A stretch of DNA of 62,936 bases, filler included, from Octopus bimaculoides (GCF_001194135.2; 4 parts of 4 records of this genome joined end to end with filler, not necessarily neighbours in it), one strand, 5' to 3'. Shown: positions 48,546 through 60,647, counted from the whole stretch's first letter. The notes: generated from the letters alone by a model not told the origin. Numbers and translations are program-made.

Positions 48546-48694
48546 AGATCGTGTTCTTTTTGCTTTCATTTTTTGAAGGTTTTTTTCTTTTTATAGCTAT
48601 TTTCTTCTGGTCAAAAATTAAAGAAATACCTATTCGCAATACTTGTTGCTATTCTTGCAAAAAGTTCCACGCGAGCTTTCTGCGAAAATTATTT

Positions 48695-48837
48695 TCAGTC
48701 GCTCGTTTGCAGCACTAACAATGGCAAACACGCCATCTGCTCTTTGCGTCTTCAAGGATCACAATTTCATAGCAAAACTTTTCAAAAACCAACCAACACT
48801 GCATTCTCTTCTAGAACACAGTTCCTGCTCAGTAAGT
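48695..48837 (+). promoter_or_regulatory. Candidate transcription start and first exon (Inr, ATG, splice donor)
   Basis: TCAGTC at 48695, acaATGG at 48721, 111 nt open (MANTPSALCVFKDHNFIAKLFKNQPTLHSLLEHSSCS), then CA|GTAAGT at 48831/48832. Confidence 0.3.
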
Positions 48838-49085
48838 TTGGTAAAAGCTACACACACACATACACACGCGAGCACACATCAAAGCCCCACACACGCGCGC
48901 GCGCAAGCACACATATATACACGTATATACACATATACACCAATTTGTTTGAGAGTCCTTCGAGGTCAAATTTTTCACTCATACCAGAGAATGCGATAAC
49001 TTTACCTTTTTTCTTTTTTTTTTTTTTTCTTAATCTTAAATTTTTACAACCCTCTAACATGCGAGGATGGCACTGGAAACAAAGG

Positions 49086-49164
<79 letters not shown>

Positions 49165-50005
49165 GTGGGAGATTAGAGAACTGGTGAATAGGCAACGTTA
49201 CTCAAAAGTTTCCATATTGGATGTGCAATTTAGCAAAACAACATGCATTTATGTTGATACACGAGACTAAAACGTTGACATTTAAAATCGACCTTTTCTT
49301 TATGTATCACCAAAGAACAAGTGTGCGTGCGTGTGTGTGTGTTTAAAAGTGTTAGTGTTTGTATGTATGTGTATATGTAAACATGCATGCATGTGTGTGG
49401 GTGTGTATTGATGGATGAAGTAATGGAATGATGACTGGATACATATATGTATTTACACGTGCACACGCGTGTAGGTGCATGGTGGCATATGTATAAGTGT
49501 AATTCTGAATACATGTGCATGCTATGCATGTGTGTGTGTGTGTATTTATATGTGCGTGTGTGTGTGTGTATAGACATAAATGTGTGTACCTTTATGAAAA
49601 ATATATATGTATGTGTATGTATATATATATATATATATATATACATATATATATGTGTGTGTGTATGTGTCTATATGAACACATACATTCGTAAACAAAC
49701 GCAAATTCAAAGATGCGCACATACGCACACGTACGTGCATAAGTGCGTGCGCGCACGTGTGTGTGTATGTGTGTGTATGTGTGCGTGTGAGATGTGTGTG
49801 TGCGTATGTCTGTGTGTGAGATATGTGTCTGTGTGTGTTATTGAGCTTTGTTTGCGTCTGTTTATAAGCAACGCGACAGAAAAGCAAAATTGGTGGCAAA
49901 TACAATAAACCACAACTCTGTTGTCGTCATCACCACCACCACCACTACCACTACTACTACTACCATCACCATCATCATCATCACCATAAGCACCACCACC
50001 ATCAC

Positions 50006-50053
<48 letters not shown>

Positions 50054-50349
50054 TATAACAATAACAACAGCAACAACAATAGTTATAATAATGAGGCAGA
50101 GGAGGAGAAGGAAATCTTTCATTTTCCACACGGGTGAGGGACAACAGAGGCAATTTATAAAACGGGTAGCCCTTAATATGGCGGAGAATTTATATAAAAT
50201 GGAAGGAGGAAGAACAACCACAAAACAACCCCCAAAATGAGCCAAGCAGTGTATGTGGTGCATAAATAGTTGAATCTAAGGATAATATAGACCTGTCCTG
50301 TTACAGGGAACGGGGTAGCTCTAACTACAGTCAATCTAAAGACCCTTAG

Positions 50350-50580
50350 TGGTCAATAATTGTTAGCGTGTTGGACTCTTGATCGTAAGATTGTGGTTTC
50401 AATTCCTGGACTGGGCAACGTTTTGTGTTCTTGAGCAGAACATTTCATTTCACGTTGCTCCAGTCCACTCAGCTGTGGAAAAAGTAACCCTGCGACGGAC
50501 TGGCGTCCCGTTCACGCGGGATGTATATACGCCATGGAAATCGAGAAAGCGGCTCTTTTGAGTCGCCATGACTAGAGAAT
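50350..50580 (+). mobile_element. SINE family C
   Basis: tRNA-like head, tgtgttcttgagcagaacatttcatttcacgttgctccagtccactcagctg, then taaccctgcgacggactggcgtcccgttc...tatacgccatggaaa. Confidence 0.7.
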
Positions 50581-50849
50581 GTAACTGTACCTTCTTTTAC
50601 CTCACCAATGAGCAAGAGTCCTCTCCCGACTATTTTTCTCCGATTTAGTGACGCATGCCTGGATATGCTTAGAGTAGTCCACGCCACTCTCTTTTCGGCT
50701 ACACACGTTATCACCGATGTAAACGTTGTCGTCGTCGTCGTCACATCATGTTTGATATGCTGACTGTTTCGTTAACTCCAGTATACAGAGAAGAACAAGG
50801 AAATATGTGAAGACAAGAAACAATAGAGGATGGGTTCCGTGAGTGTTGA

Positions 50850-51014
50850 TCAAATTACCCCAGGAATTTGGACATATACTAAGTCTTAGGGGAATTATTT
50901 TCTATTTTCTCTCCCTGTTTATTTCTGTGTTCCTTTTTGTCGAAGAGCGTAGGCTCGAAACGTAAAAGACTCTCTCACATCCCGAGCGTTAAGCTAATAC
51001 ATCTGTTTGTTGTT
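50850..51014 (+). mobile_element. Penelope-like terminal-repeat motif
   Basis: gtcgaa-gagc-gtag-gctc-gaaacgtaaaagactctctcacatcccgagcgttaagctaatac; parallels 36000-36135. Confidence 0.5.
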
Positions 51015-51727
51015 NNNNNNNNNNNNNNNNNNNNNNNNNNNNNNNNNNNNNNNNNNNNNNNNNNNNNNNNNNNNNNNNNNNNNNNNNNNNNNNNNNNNNN
51101 NNNNNNNNNNNNNNNNNNNNNNNNNNNNNNNNNNNNNNNNNNNNNNNNNNNNNNNNNNNNNNNNNNNNNNNNNNNNNNNNNNNNNNNNNNNNNNNNNNNN
51201 NNNNNNNNNNNNNNNNNNNNNNNNNNNNNNNNNNNNNNNNNNNNNNNNNNNNNNNNNNNNNNNNNNNNNNNNNNNNNNNNNNNNNNNNNNNNNNNNNNNN
51301 NNNNNNNNNNNNNNNNNNNNNNNNNNNNNNNNNNNNNNNNNNNNNNNNNNNNNNNNNNNNNNNNNNNNNNNNNNNNNNNNNNNNNNNNNNNNNNNNNNNN
51401 NNNNNNNNNNNNNNNNNNNNNNNNNNNNNNNNNNNNNNNNNNNNNNNNNNNNNNNNNNNNNNNNNNNNNNNNNNNNNNNNNNNNNNNNNNNNNNNNNNNN
51501 NNNNNNNNNNNNNNNNNNNNNNNNNNNNNNNNACGATAGAGGCATCTGTAATTAATGTTGCAGAGGAGATGGTTTACATATTGAAACTGGATTATTGTCT
51601 CGTGTGTTGTGTGTCAAGGGAATGCGAGTTCTCGACCGAAGATCGCAATGGCGTGAAACGCGATTCGCGAGATAAAATTCATTTCAATAATCTATACATG
51701 CGTTGTGTGCGTGCGTGTGTGTGTGTA

Positions 51728-51759
<32 letters not shown>

Positions 51760-53192
51760 CGTGTGTGTGTGTGCGTGCGTGTGTCTGTGTGTGTGTGTAA
51801 TAATCACTTACTATTCTCACTTCATCTAAACCTGTAACAGATGTCCTCGTATTAATGCGTGCATGCGTATGTGTTGATACGTAACTGTTGTTATTTTTTC
51901 ACAACATTATATGCGATCTATAAAAGAAAGTTTATTTTCAAACGGTATTTTATAAGGCATCCAATATGTACGTATCCTTAACAGCGTCTTCGAACAGTCT
52001 AAGAAGTGAAATCTCAACCCTGACGAACTACGTCTCGATGGAATCATGAAATAGACATGATAAACATACATAGTCCGCTATTTAAACATTTTTTATCAAT
52101 ACCAAACTTTATTCTAGTTTCGGAAGCAACTTCAGAATTCGAGCATAACATGCAATATTTATTTATCGATGGACCAAGTTCTTCACTCACGACAGAGCAT
52201 CGGTTCTTTTTCATATAACTTTGACATATATCTTACTTGTTTCAGTCATTGAACTGCAATCTTGCTGGGGCAGGATGTAGTCAAGCAAATTAGCCTCAGT
52301 ACTCATTTTTGAAGTCTTTTACTTGTTCTACCGTTCTCCTTTGCCGAGGGGACGCAAACAAAACAACAGTACTTTTCCAGCGATGATGAGAGAACAAGCA
52401 CAACGACAAACACGTGTATACATATATATATATATATATATANNNNNNNNNNNNNNNNNNNNNNNNNNNNNNNNNNNNNNNNNNNNNNNNNNNNNNNNNN
52501 NNNNNNNNNNNNNNNNNNNNNNNNNNNNNNNNNNNNNNNNNNNNNNNNNNNNNNNNNNNNNNNNNNNNNNNNNNNNNNNNNNNNNNNNNNNNNNNNNNNN
52601 NNNNNNNNNNNNNNNNNNNNNNNNNNNNNNNNNNNNNNNNNNNNNNNNNNNNNNNNNNNNNNNNNNNNNNNNNNNNNNNNNNNNNNNNNNNNNNNNNNNN
52701 NNNNNNNNNNNNNNNNNNNNNNNNNNNNNNNNNNNNNNNNNNNNNNNNNNNNNNNNNNNNNNNNNNNNNNNNNNNNNNNNNNNNNNNNNNNNNNNNNNNN
52801 NNNNNNNNNNNNNNNNNNNNNNNNNNNNNNNNNNNNNNNNNNNNNNNNNNNNNNNNNNNNNNNNNNNNNNNNNNNNNNNNNNNNNNNNNNNNNNNNNNNN
52901 NNNNNNNNNNNNNNNNNNNNNNNNNNNNNNNNNNNNNNNNNNNNNNNNNNNNNNNNNNNNNNNNNNNNNNNNNNNNNNNNNNNNNNNNNNNNNNNNNNNN
53001 NNNNNNNNNNNNNNNNNNNNNNNNNNNNNNNNNNNNNNNNNNNNNNNNNNNNNNNNNNNNNNNNNNNNNNNNNNNNNNNNNNNNNNNNNNNNNNNNNNNN
53101 NNNNNNNNNNNNNNNNNNNNNNNNNNNNNNNNNNNNNNNNNNNNNNNNNNNNNNNNNNNNNNNNNNNNNNNNNNNNNNNNNNNNNNNNNNNN

Positions 53193-53430
53193 GTGGGAGG
53201 TGGAGGGGTCGGACTGGAGGCGCCGAAAAGCTCGGAGAATGGAGCGTTGGAGGGGTAGGGTGGTTGGATGGTAGGTGAGGGGAAAAGGGAGGCGGGAAAC
53301 GGCAGGGCGGGTTCGGGGGGAGAGAGCAGATGCACGGTCCACAGAACGTGCTCTGGCAAGGGCGGTGTGGATGGTGGTGGGTGGATATCCACGCAGGCTA
53401 AAGTGGTGAGCCATGAGTTGAGACTGAGAT
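53193..53430 (-). mobile_element. Penelope-like element, RT-to-GIY-YIG linker fragment (GC-rich, open frame)
   Basis: HFSLRGYPPTTIHTALARARSVDRASALSPRTRPAVSRLPFPLTYHPTTLPLQRSILRAFRRLQSDPSTSH: RGYP and P..LTYHP...LQ.DP motifs; runs into a gap. Confidence 0.8.
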
Positions 53431-53509
53431 ATATATATATATGCACACACACACATATATATATATATATGAGTGTGTGTGTATATATATATGTGTGTAT
53501 GTATGTATA

Positions 53510-54030
53510 TACGACGGGCTTCTTCACAGTTTCCATGGAACAGATTCACTCACAAAGCATTGGTTGACCCAGATCCACAACAGAAAACACTTGTTCAGGG
53601 TGCCATGTCGTGAACTGCACCTGAAACCACGTGGTTACAAAACGGGTTTCTTAACCACACAACAATACCTGTACCTAAATAGTTGTATTTTGTCTTTATC
53701 TTTTATCTGTTTTAGTCATTAGACTGTGGCCATGCTGGAACACCGCCTTGAAAATTAGTCGAATTAATCGACCCCCTCCCCAGTGCTTAATTTCTTAATT
53801 TCTTAAAGTCTGGTACTTATTTTATCGGCCTCTTTTGCGGAACCGCTAAGTTACGGAGACGTAAATACACTAACCGGTTGTCAAGCGATCGTGGTGGACA
53901 AACACAGACATAAACACACACACACACACACACACACATCTACAACAGACTTGTTTCAGTTCCCGTCTACCAAACCCACTCACAAGGCTTTGGTGGACCC
54001 GGGGCTCTAGTAGAAGACACATGCCCAAAG
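53510..54030 (-). mobile_element. Two adjacent SINE family B copies (head half 53510-53680; near-full 53700-54030)
   Basis: cgacgggcttcttcacagtttcc...cttaaccacac; tttagtcattagactgtggccatgctggaacaccgcc...ctagtagaagacacatgccc. Confidence 0.8.
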
Positions 54031-54999
54031 TGCCCAAAGTGGCGGTATTTGAACACAGGCCACAGAAACTCGGAACAAAAAAGAAACCAGTTTGACATTT
54101 TTACAGTTTCAGCAATTCGTTATTCTGAATTGGTACGTTTTTTGTCGACTCCGGAAGGATAGAAACTAAAGTTCACCTCAGTAAGACAAATACTGGGAAA
54201 TATTCTATCCGACGCTGTACTGCGGGCGCCAATTCGCCATTAAAAAGCGGAGTAAACATGCACTGAGGACGGAGTTAAATGACAGTGATGGGAGGCATAC
54301 ATTACTAGACTGAGCTGAAGATCAATGCAAAAATCTCCTGATAACGTCATCAAGGTTTCAAAAGATAACTCCTATATTGTGATCGATAATTCGATCCTTT
54401 CTCACTAAAACGATTGACCCAGGGTAGGCGGGGGTGAGAATCGATCAATTTAGAATGATCTTGGGAGGGAAATAAGCAGGATTTGGAGTCTGAAAGTTAA
54501 GATAATATTATTAATAATCGGTGTAGAATTTATAATAAAAATAAACGTAAGCAAAAACATAAAATTATATCTAGGCTTACAGTTCTAGATACTGCCCCTC
54601 CAAAAAATAGATTATCAGACATATCCCAGTTCTATGTAAAGTACTTCCGTTTTAATAGCACAACTTACACAGTACACACTTTCTACACACCACACATCAA
54701 TACCCCATAGTATAAACACTCAATAAAAAAACTCAGATAACATCTCTCCTAACACATACTCTACCGAATCGTCACCAAATAACATGGAACTCCTCACATA
54801 AAACATAATTTATGCAATAACCAGCGAATAAAATGACACAACCCTCACAAAACATGATGTTCAGTATCATCACCAAACAACATGGAACTCCGTCACAAGG
54901 TCTAGTCCTTGTGGTGTATTGTTTGTGCGCTTCAATGACTCCTGGAGCTGCCCCTGCCTAGTTCAAGTTCCTAGTAGGGCTTCGTATAGTCGACAAGCC

Positions 55000-55320
55000 A
55001 AATGATAAAGGCCAGGCTAATATGGTCCTTCTCTTCCCAGATATAAAAATGGGTTTGCGTGGGGTCAAAATAACTACCGAGTAAAAAGCGAAGATACAGA
55101 AGCATTGGTGACAATGAAACACCAAGAAAACGTGGAAGAGGAATGCCTTCCACCAGGGAAACATATAATGCAGGTGCAATGAAATCTGAAAAGAGATAGC
55201 AAGGATCCAACTGGAGAGAAGTAGAAAGGGCAGGCCAGAGTGGAGAATAATAGGCAAAACAGGTCGATGATTTCTGCTCTATCTATAGGGAATGATGAGT
55301 TTAGAGAGAGAGAGAGAGAG
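55000..55320 (+). mobile_element. Probable RTE LINE 3' end, old
   Basis: ETPRKRGRGMPST...WREVERAGQSGE...VDDFCSIYRE, resembling GRP..TW...A.DR..WR..V..LCS; followed by (AG)n. Confidence 0.45.
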
Positions 55321-55354
55321 ATCGTTGCACTAACCAAACAGCAGAAACCAATAA

Positions 55355-55568
55355 AATATTGGTTTCAAATTTTGGCACAAGGCTAGCAATTTCAAGGGAG
55401 TGAGCAAGTCAATTACATTGATACCAGTGCCCACATTATATTATCGACCCCGAAAGGAAGAAAGGCAAAGTCGACCTCAGCGGAATTTGAATATTAGAAC
55501 ATAAAAACAGGAAATGCCGCTTAGTATTTTGCCTAGAATACTAAAGATTTTGCCCGCTCGCCGCCATA
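55355..55568 (-). mobile_element. SINE family A
   Basis: tatcgaccccgaaaggaagaaaggcaaagtcgacctcagcggaatttgaa...cgctcgccgcc. Confidence 0.85.
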
Positions 55569-55960
55569 AGCCAACTCGCCATATAATTGATAGACGACAA
55601 AATTGTTACACCAAGTGGTTACACGGATCTTTTTGATTAAAGAATGAGCGTAGGCGTTAGATCCGTGATAATTCCATCCTTTTCCATCTGCGACTACATC
55701 ATCTAATGTATCCTATTTTTAGTCAGTAGAGTATGACTTGAGTAAGGATTTAACTATAACATGCCCAGCAGATCAACCACTTAGAACGAAGAATGTGGAG
55801 ATCGAGCTGGTGGTCGTTGACTTTCTGGGTTAAACAGGTTATGGTACATTCTCAGTTTTGCTAATTATTAAGTTTTACATATCAGGTAATATAGGAAGGG
55901 ACTAAACTCAGGCCTCACTCGTTAGATCTCGTCGTCCTGGATCTCATGAGTCACATTAGA

Positions 55961-56515
55961 TCCAAAATTGACATTGGGTCCTCTTTTAACAGCGTATCTG
56001 AAGTTTACACTGGTTTCTAAGCGTGTCGTCCTATCTCGGACTGAAACTGGTTCCTAAAGGTTTCGTAGAATCCAAACTTTTCTTTGGCTCCAAAGTTGAC
56101 ACTGAATATTTATTTGATATTGGATCCAGATTTTACACTTTATTCTCGGCGTGGATTTGAATGCAAACTTTGTTCTGCATCAAGAGTAACGCACCGCACC
56201 TAGATTTGACATTACACCTAGGACTTGACACTGAATACAAATTTTGACGTTGGATTTAAACTTGACAGTGGATACGGACTTTTACATTAGGTCAAGAACT
56301 GACACGGGATATCGACTTTGACGTTGGATTTAGACTTGACATTGGGTTTAGACTTGACAGTGAATTTGACATTGAAACAGGAGTTGACACTGGGTTCAAA
56401 CTTAAAACTGGCTTCAAGACGTACTATTGAATCCAAGTTAGCCACTGGCATCAGACTTTGCCACCAAATCAAGACGTGACACTCGATCTACATTTGAACC
56501 AGGAACTTCTTTTAA
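55961..56515 (+). pseudogene. Degenerate 18-bp repeat with codon structure, encoding [LVFI]-D-[TIVS]-[GE]-[FYS]-[KR] hexapeptides
   Basis: Plus frame from 56317 reads FDVGFRLDIGFRLDSEFDIETGVDTGFKLKTGFK. Further units are SKIDIGSS, VYTGF*, GSKVDTEYLFDIGSRFYT, GLDTEYKF and DVGFKLDSGYG. Variation is often synonymous (gga/ggg/ggc, ttt/ttc, aaa/aag). Confidence 0.45.
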
Positions 56516-58002
56516 ACATGCTCCTTGGTATCATATTCGAACAAAAAGCATTTTATCAAGGGAAGAGAAAGAAATTAGTTAAGACTGTGTGGTATCATCA
56601 GAAACGTAAATGAAAGGACAGTTCGAAACTTCTACTCTACAATCGGAATTGAAACCTAGTCGCAGAAATTTGGGCCCCGCTGCCGGGGGCTAGCTGTTTA
56701 TGTTATTTGTCGTACGCCATTCCTAACCACTACAACGACAACAACAACTACTACTACTATTACTATTACTACTACTGCTACTACTACTGTTCCACCGTAC
56801 TAATTGTGAAAAAAACACGGTGATAAACTCAGCAACAATGAAATTACACCAAGACTGCTGTAACGTACACATGGATTTGACTCTGCACGCACACATACGT
56901 GTCTACGTCAGAGGATCTGTGGACACCTTGAGTACGTGATCGTATTTACTCGCACGCACACACATACAAACACACGCACACGCATCCTTACATGTGTGTA
57001 CGCGTATGCACGCGCATAGTACAATGATAAACGGAGATAATACATATAGGTATATACACATATACACACGCACGACACGCACGCACACTCACACACACAT
57101 GCATACGTACATGCACAAACACATACAGACATACAAATATCTGTTTGCGCACGAATATGTACATACGCGCGTACATATATATGTATACATGTATGTATAC
57201 ACACACATATACACACATATACACACATATACACACATATACACACATATATATAGATAGATATATATGTTTTCGTGAATGATTTTAAACGTGTTGTGAG
57301 GGTGTGTTTGCATGTGTGCACGTATGAGTGCGTATGTGTGTGGCCGACATGCAGTGTGCATATGCGTGCGTGTGCGTGTGCGTATGTGTATGAATATAAC
57401 ACTACCTAAGTTCGTATACACTATACACATGCCAATGTATGTGTATGTATATATATATACATACATATATACACATATCTGTGACAATATATATGAAAAT
57501 CACAATACATAATTAGAGCACAGCAAAAGATCAAAAGCAAAGTGAATAATAATAAAAAAAAACAGAAATTTTTTTTATTTTAAATGAAAAAAATAAAACA
57601 AGACATAAATAAATAAAAGAAAAATGAAACTAAAATAATCCAAAATATATATATACATATATATAAATATAAAATCAGGTTTTAGTTTAAACATGGAATA
57701 TGCTTCATTACATGCCATTAATTCTGTGAATAGGCACCAAGAATGGACCAGAATGGGCATTCTCTGCTGTTTTCTCGACTAACAAACAGTAGAATTTACA
57801 AATAGCCGGCAGCAATTTACTTATCAACCTGATGTTAGGCGCGCGCACCTGACATCAGAGCCAGGCAACTGCTGGTGGAATTACGTTTGTCAATGGAAAC
57901 CAGGGTGCACACATCAAGTTGTTCGTGTGTGTGTGTGTGTGTGTGTGAGTGTGTGTGTGTGTGTGCGTGTGTGTGTGTGTGTGTGTTTGTGTGTGTGTGT
58001 TT

Positions 58003-58102
58003 NNNNNNNNNNNNNNNNNNNNNNNNNNNNNNNNNNNNNNNNNNNNTTAATTAATTAANNNNNNNNNNNNNNNNNNNNNNNNNNNNNNNNNNNNNNNNNN
58101 NN
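58003..58102. other. Artificial scaffold spacer N44-TTAATTAATTAA-N44
   Basis: Same 100-bp construct as 21775 and 47604. Confidence 0.9.
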
Positions 58103-58445
58103 GGGGTGGAGGCGCAATGGCCCAGTGATTAGGGCAGCGGACTCGCGGTCATAGGATCGCGGTTTCGATTCCCAGACCGGGCTGTGTGTTGTGTTCTTGA
58201 GCAAGACACTTTATTTCACGTTGCTCCCATTCACTCAGCTGTAGAAATGAGATGCAAAGTCACTGGTGCCAAGCTGTACCGGCTTTTGCCTTTCCCTTGG
58301 ATAACATCGGTGGCGTGAAGAGGGGTGGCTGGAGTATGCATGGGCGACTGCTGGTCTTCCATAAACAACTTTGCCTGAAATTGTGCCTTTGAGAACTCTC
58401 TAGGTACAGTCCCACGGTCATTCATGACCGAAGGGGGTCCTTACC
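58103..58445 (+). mobile_element. SINE family C, full length, well-preserved tRNA-like head
   Basis: ggaggcgcaatggcccagtgattagggcagcggactcgcggtcataggatcgcggtttcgattcccagacc (A and B boxes), tgtgttgtgttcttgagcaagacacttt, ending catgaccgaagggggtccttaccct. Confidence 0.85.
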
Positions 58446-58914
58446 CTTCTATAAAATACACAATCACACAAATGTTTCATGACAATATTTCTGGTTGTGT
58501 TTGTGAGAAAGACTCACTGAAAGTCTTATGATTGCTTGAATTACTAGTGACATAGAAGGAATAAGCTTGTTTCCCAACCACATATTTTCTGGTTCAATCC
58601 TACTGCATGGCGCCTTGGGTAAATGTCTTCAACTATAGCCACGGGCCGACCAAAGACTACACGGCAGACTACGATTTTGTTTCTATGGAGACAGACATAT
58701 ATGACTTTATGGCGAAAATGAATTTCGTTTTCATAATTAGCATACAAAGCTAAATTGGTATAACCAAATTTGAATAAAGTTGAAACAGAAGAAATTAAAT
58801 CTGTGACTGTAAACGGAAAAGATCCCCGCAGTTCCGCTCAGGAGCCATACATGAACCCGGAACCAGTTTGCGAAATACTTAATCACACATATATACTCCA
58901 CCACCATCACTGAC

Positions 58915-59112
58915 TCGTTAGCACGCCAGACTAAATTCTTAGCGGTATTTCGTCCATCATCACGTTCTGAGTTCAAATTCCGCCGAGGTTGACTTTGCCT
59001 TTTATCCTTCCATGGTCGCTGAAATAGGTACCAGTTATGCACTGGGGCTGGTATAATCAACTAGTCCTCTCCCGCAAAATTTCAGGTTTTATGCCTATAG
59101 CTGAAAGGATAA
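58915..59112 (+). mobile_element. SINE family A
   Basis: cgttagcacgccag...gagttcaaattccgccgaggttgactttgcc...tgcctatagctgaaaggataat. Confidence 0.85.
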
Positions 59113-59634
59113 TCTTATAATAATTCTGCTTGTTCCTCCGTTACTTAGCCCATCCGTAACGTTTCCACATTATTAGTTGAAGGGGGGAAAGTGGGGAGGG
59201 GGTGCAGAGGGAAGGGGAGGGGAAGGAGAGGTGGTGGTGAGGGAAATGTGTAATGTTTTTAATGAAATTTTTTTTCTCCGTTACTTTGCCCATCATGTGA
59301 TTAGTTGAGGGGAAAGGCGAAGAGCGAAAGAAAAACGAGAGAGAAAAAGAGGGTAAAGTGAAGAGTGAGAGAGAAAGAGAGGGAGTGTTGTGCGTTAAGT
59401 CTATAAAATTGTGCAAAAAGTATATAAAATGTATATATAAAGTTCATTAAGTAATCATCGCGTTCCAATTTCCTTCACTTTTCAATGAGTAGCAGATGAG
59501 CAACTATCTTTCCATACAGACACAACAGAGGCTACGCTTTCTGTTTTTTTGGCTAAAGTTTTCAGAAATAACTCAATAGGTTTGCCATTAATTCCGTGAA
59601 ATATTCACTGGTCTTGCTAGTCATCATTATTATT

Positions 59635-59794
59635 AAACAGGAAATGCTTAGTGGCATTTCGTCCGTCGCTACGTTCTGAGTTCAAATTCCGCCAAGGTCG
59701 ACTTTGTCTTTCATCCTTTCGGGGTCGATGAATTAAGTACCAGTAGAACACTGGGGTTGGTGTTATCGACTTACTCCTCCCCACCCAAAATTTC
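59635..59794 (+). mobile_element. SINE family A, 5' truncated, runs into gap
   Basis: gaaatgcttagtggcatttcgtcc...catcctttcggggtcgatgaattaagtaccag. Confidence 0.85.
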
Positions 59795-60444
59795 NNNNNN
59801 NNNNNNNNNNNNNNNNNNNNNNNNNNNNNNNNNNNNNNNNNNNNNNNNNNNNNNNNNNNNNNNNNNNNNNNNNNNNNNNNNNNNNNNNNNNNNNNNNNNN
59901 NNNNNNNNNNNNNNNNNNNNNNNNNNNNNNNNNNNNNNNNNNNNNNNNNNNNNNNNNNNNNNNNNNNNNNNNNNNNNNNNNNNNNNNNNNNNNNNNNNNN
60001 NNNNNNNNNNNNNNNNNNNNNNNNNNNNNNNNNNNNNNNNNNNNNNNNNNNNNNNNNNNNNNNNNNNNNNNNNNNNNNNNNNNNNNNNNNNNNNNNNNNN
60101 NNNNNNNNNNNNNNNNNNNNNNNNNNNNNNNNNNNNNNNNNNNNNNNNNNNNNNNNNNNNNNNNNNNNNNNNNNNNNNNNNNNNNNNNNNNNNNNNNNNN
60201 NNNNNNNNNNNNNNNNNNNNNNNNNNNNNNNNNNNNNNNNNNNNNNNNNNNNNNNNNNNNNNNNNNNNNNNNNNNNNNNNNNNNNNNNNNNNNNNNNNNN
60301 NNNNNNNNNNNNNNNNNNNNNNNNNNNNNNNNNNNNNNNNNNNNNNNNNNNNNNNNNNNNNNNNNNNNNNNNNNNNNNNNNNNNNNNNNNNNNNNNNNNN
60401 NNNNNNNNNNNNNNNNNNNNNNNNNNNNAAAAAAAAAGAGTATG

Positions 60445-60606
60445 TGTGACGGGCTTCTTTCAGTTTCCGTCTGCCAAATCCATTCACAAGGCTTTGGTCA
60501 ACCCGAGGCTATAGTAGAAGACACTTGCCCAACGTGCCACACAGTGGGACTGAACCCGGAACCGTGTGGTTGGGAAGTAAACTTCTTATCACACAGCCAT
60601 GCCTGC
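60445..60606 (-). mobile_element. SINE family B, 5' half
   Basis: gacgggcttctttcagtttccgtctgccaaatcc...cacacagccatgcctgc. Confidence 0.9.

Positions 60607-60647
<41 letters not shown>

Noticed and set aside
41826-50263. Poly-H/T/I/V/C/Y/M/D and ERKK-type ORFs
   Set aside because: Translations of di-, tri- and tetranucleotide microsatellites.
54958-55337. Hydrophobic minus-strand ORFs resembling membrane proteins
   Set aside because: Antisense shadow of a purine-rich probable RTE 3' end on the plus strand.
58103-58180. tRNA-like sequence with A and B boxes
   Set aside because: It continues into a SINE body shared with other copies and lacks a proper acceptor stem; a SINE head, not a tRNA gene.
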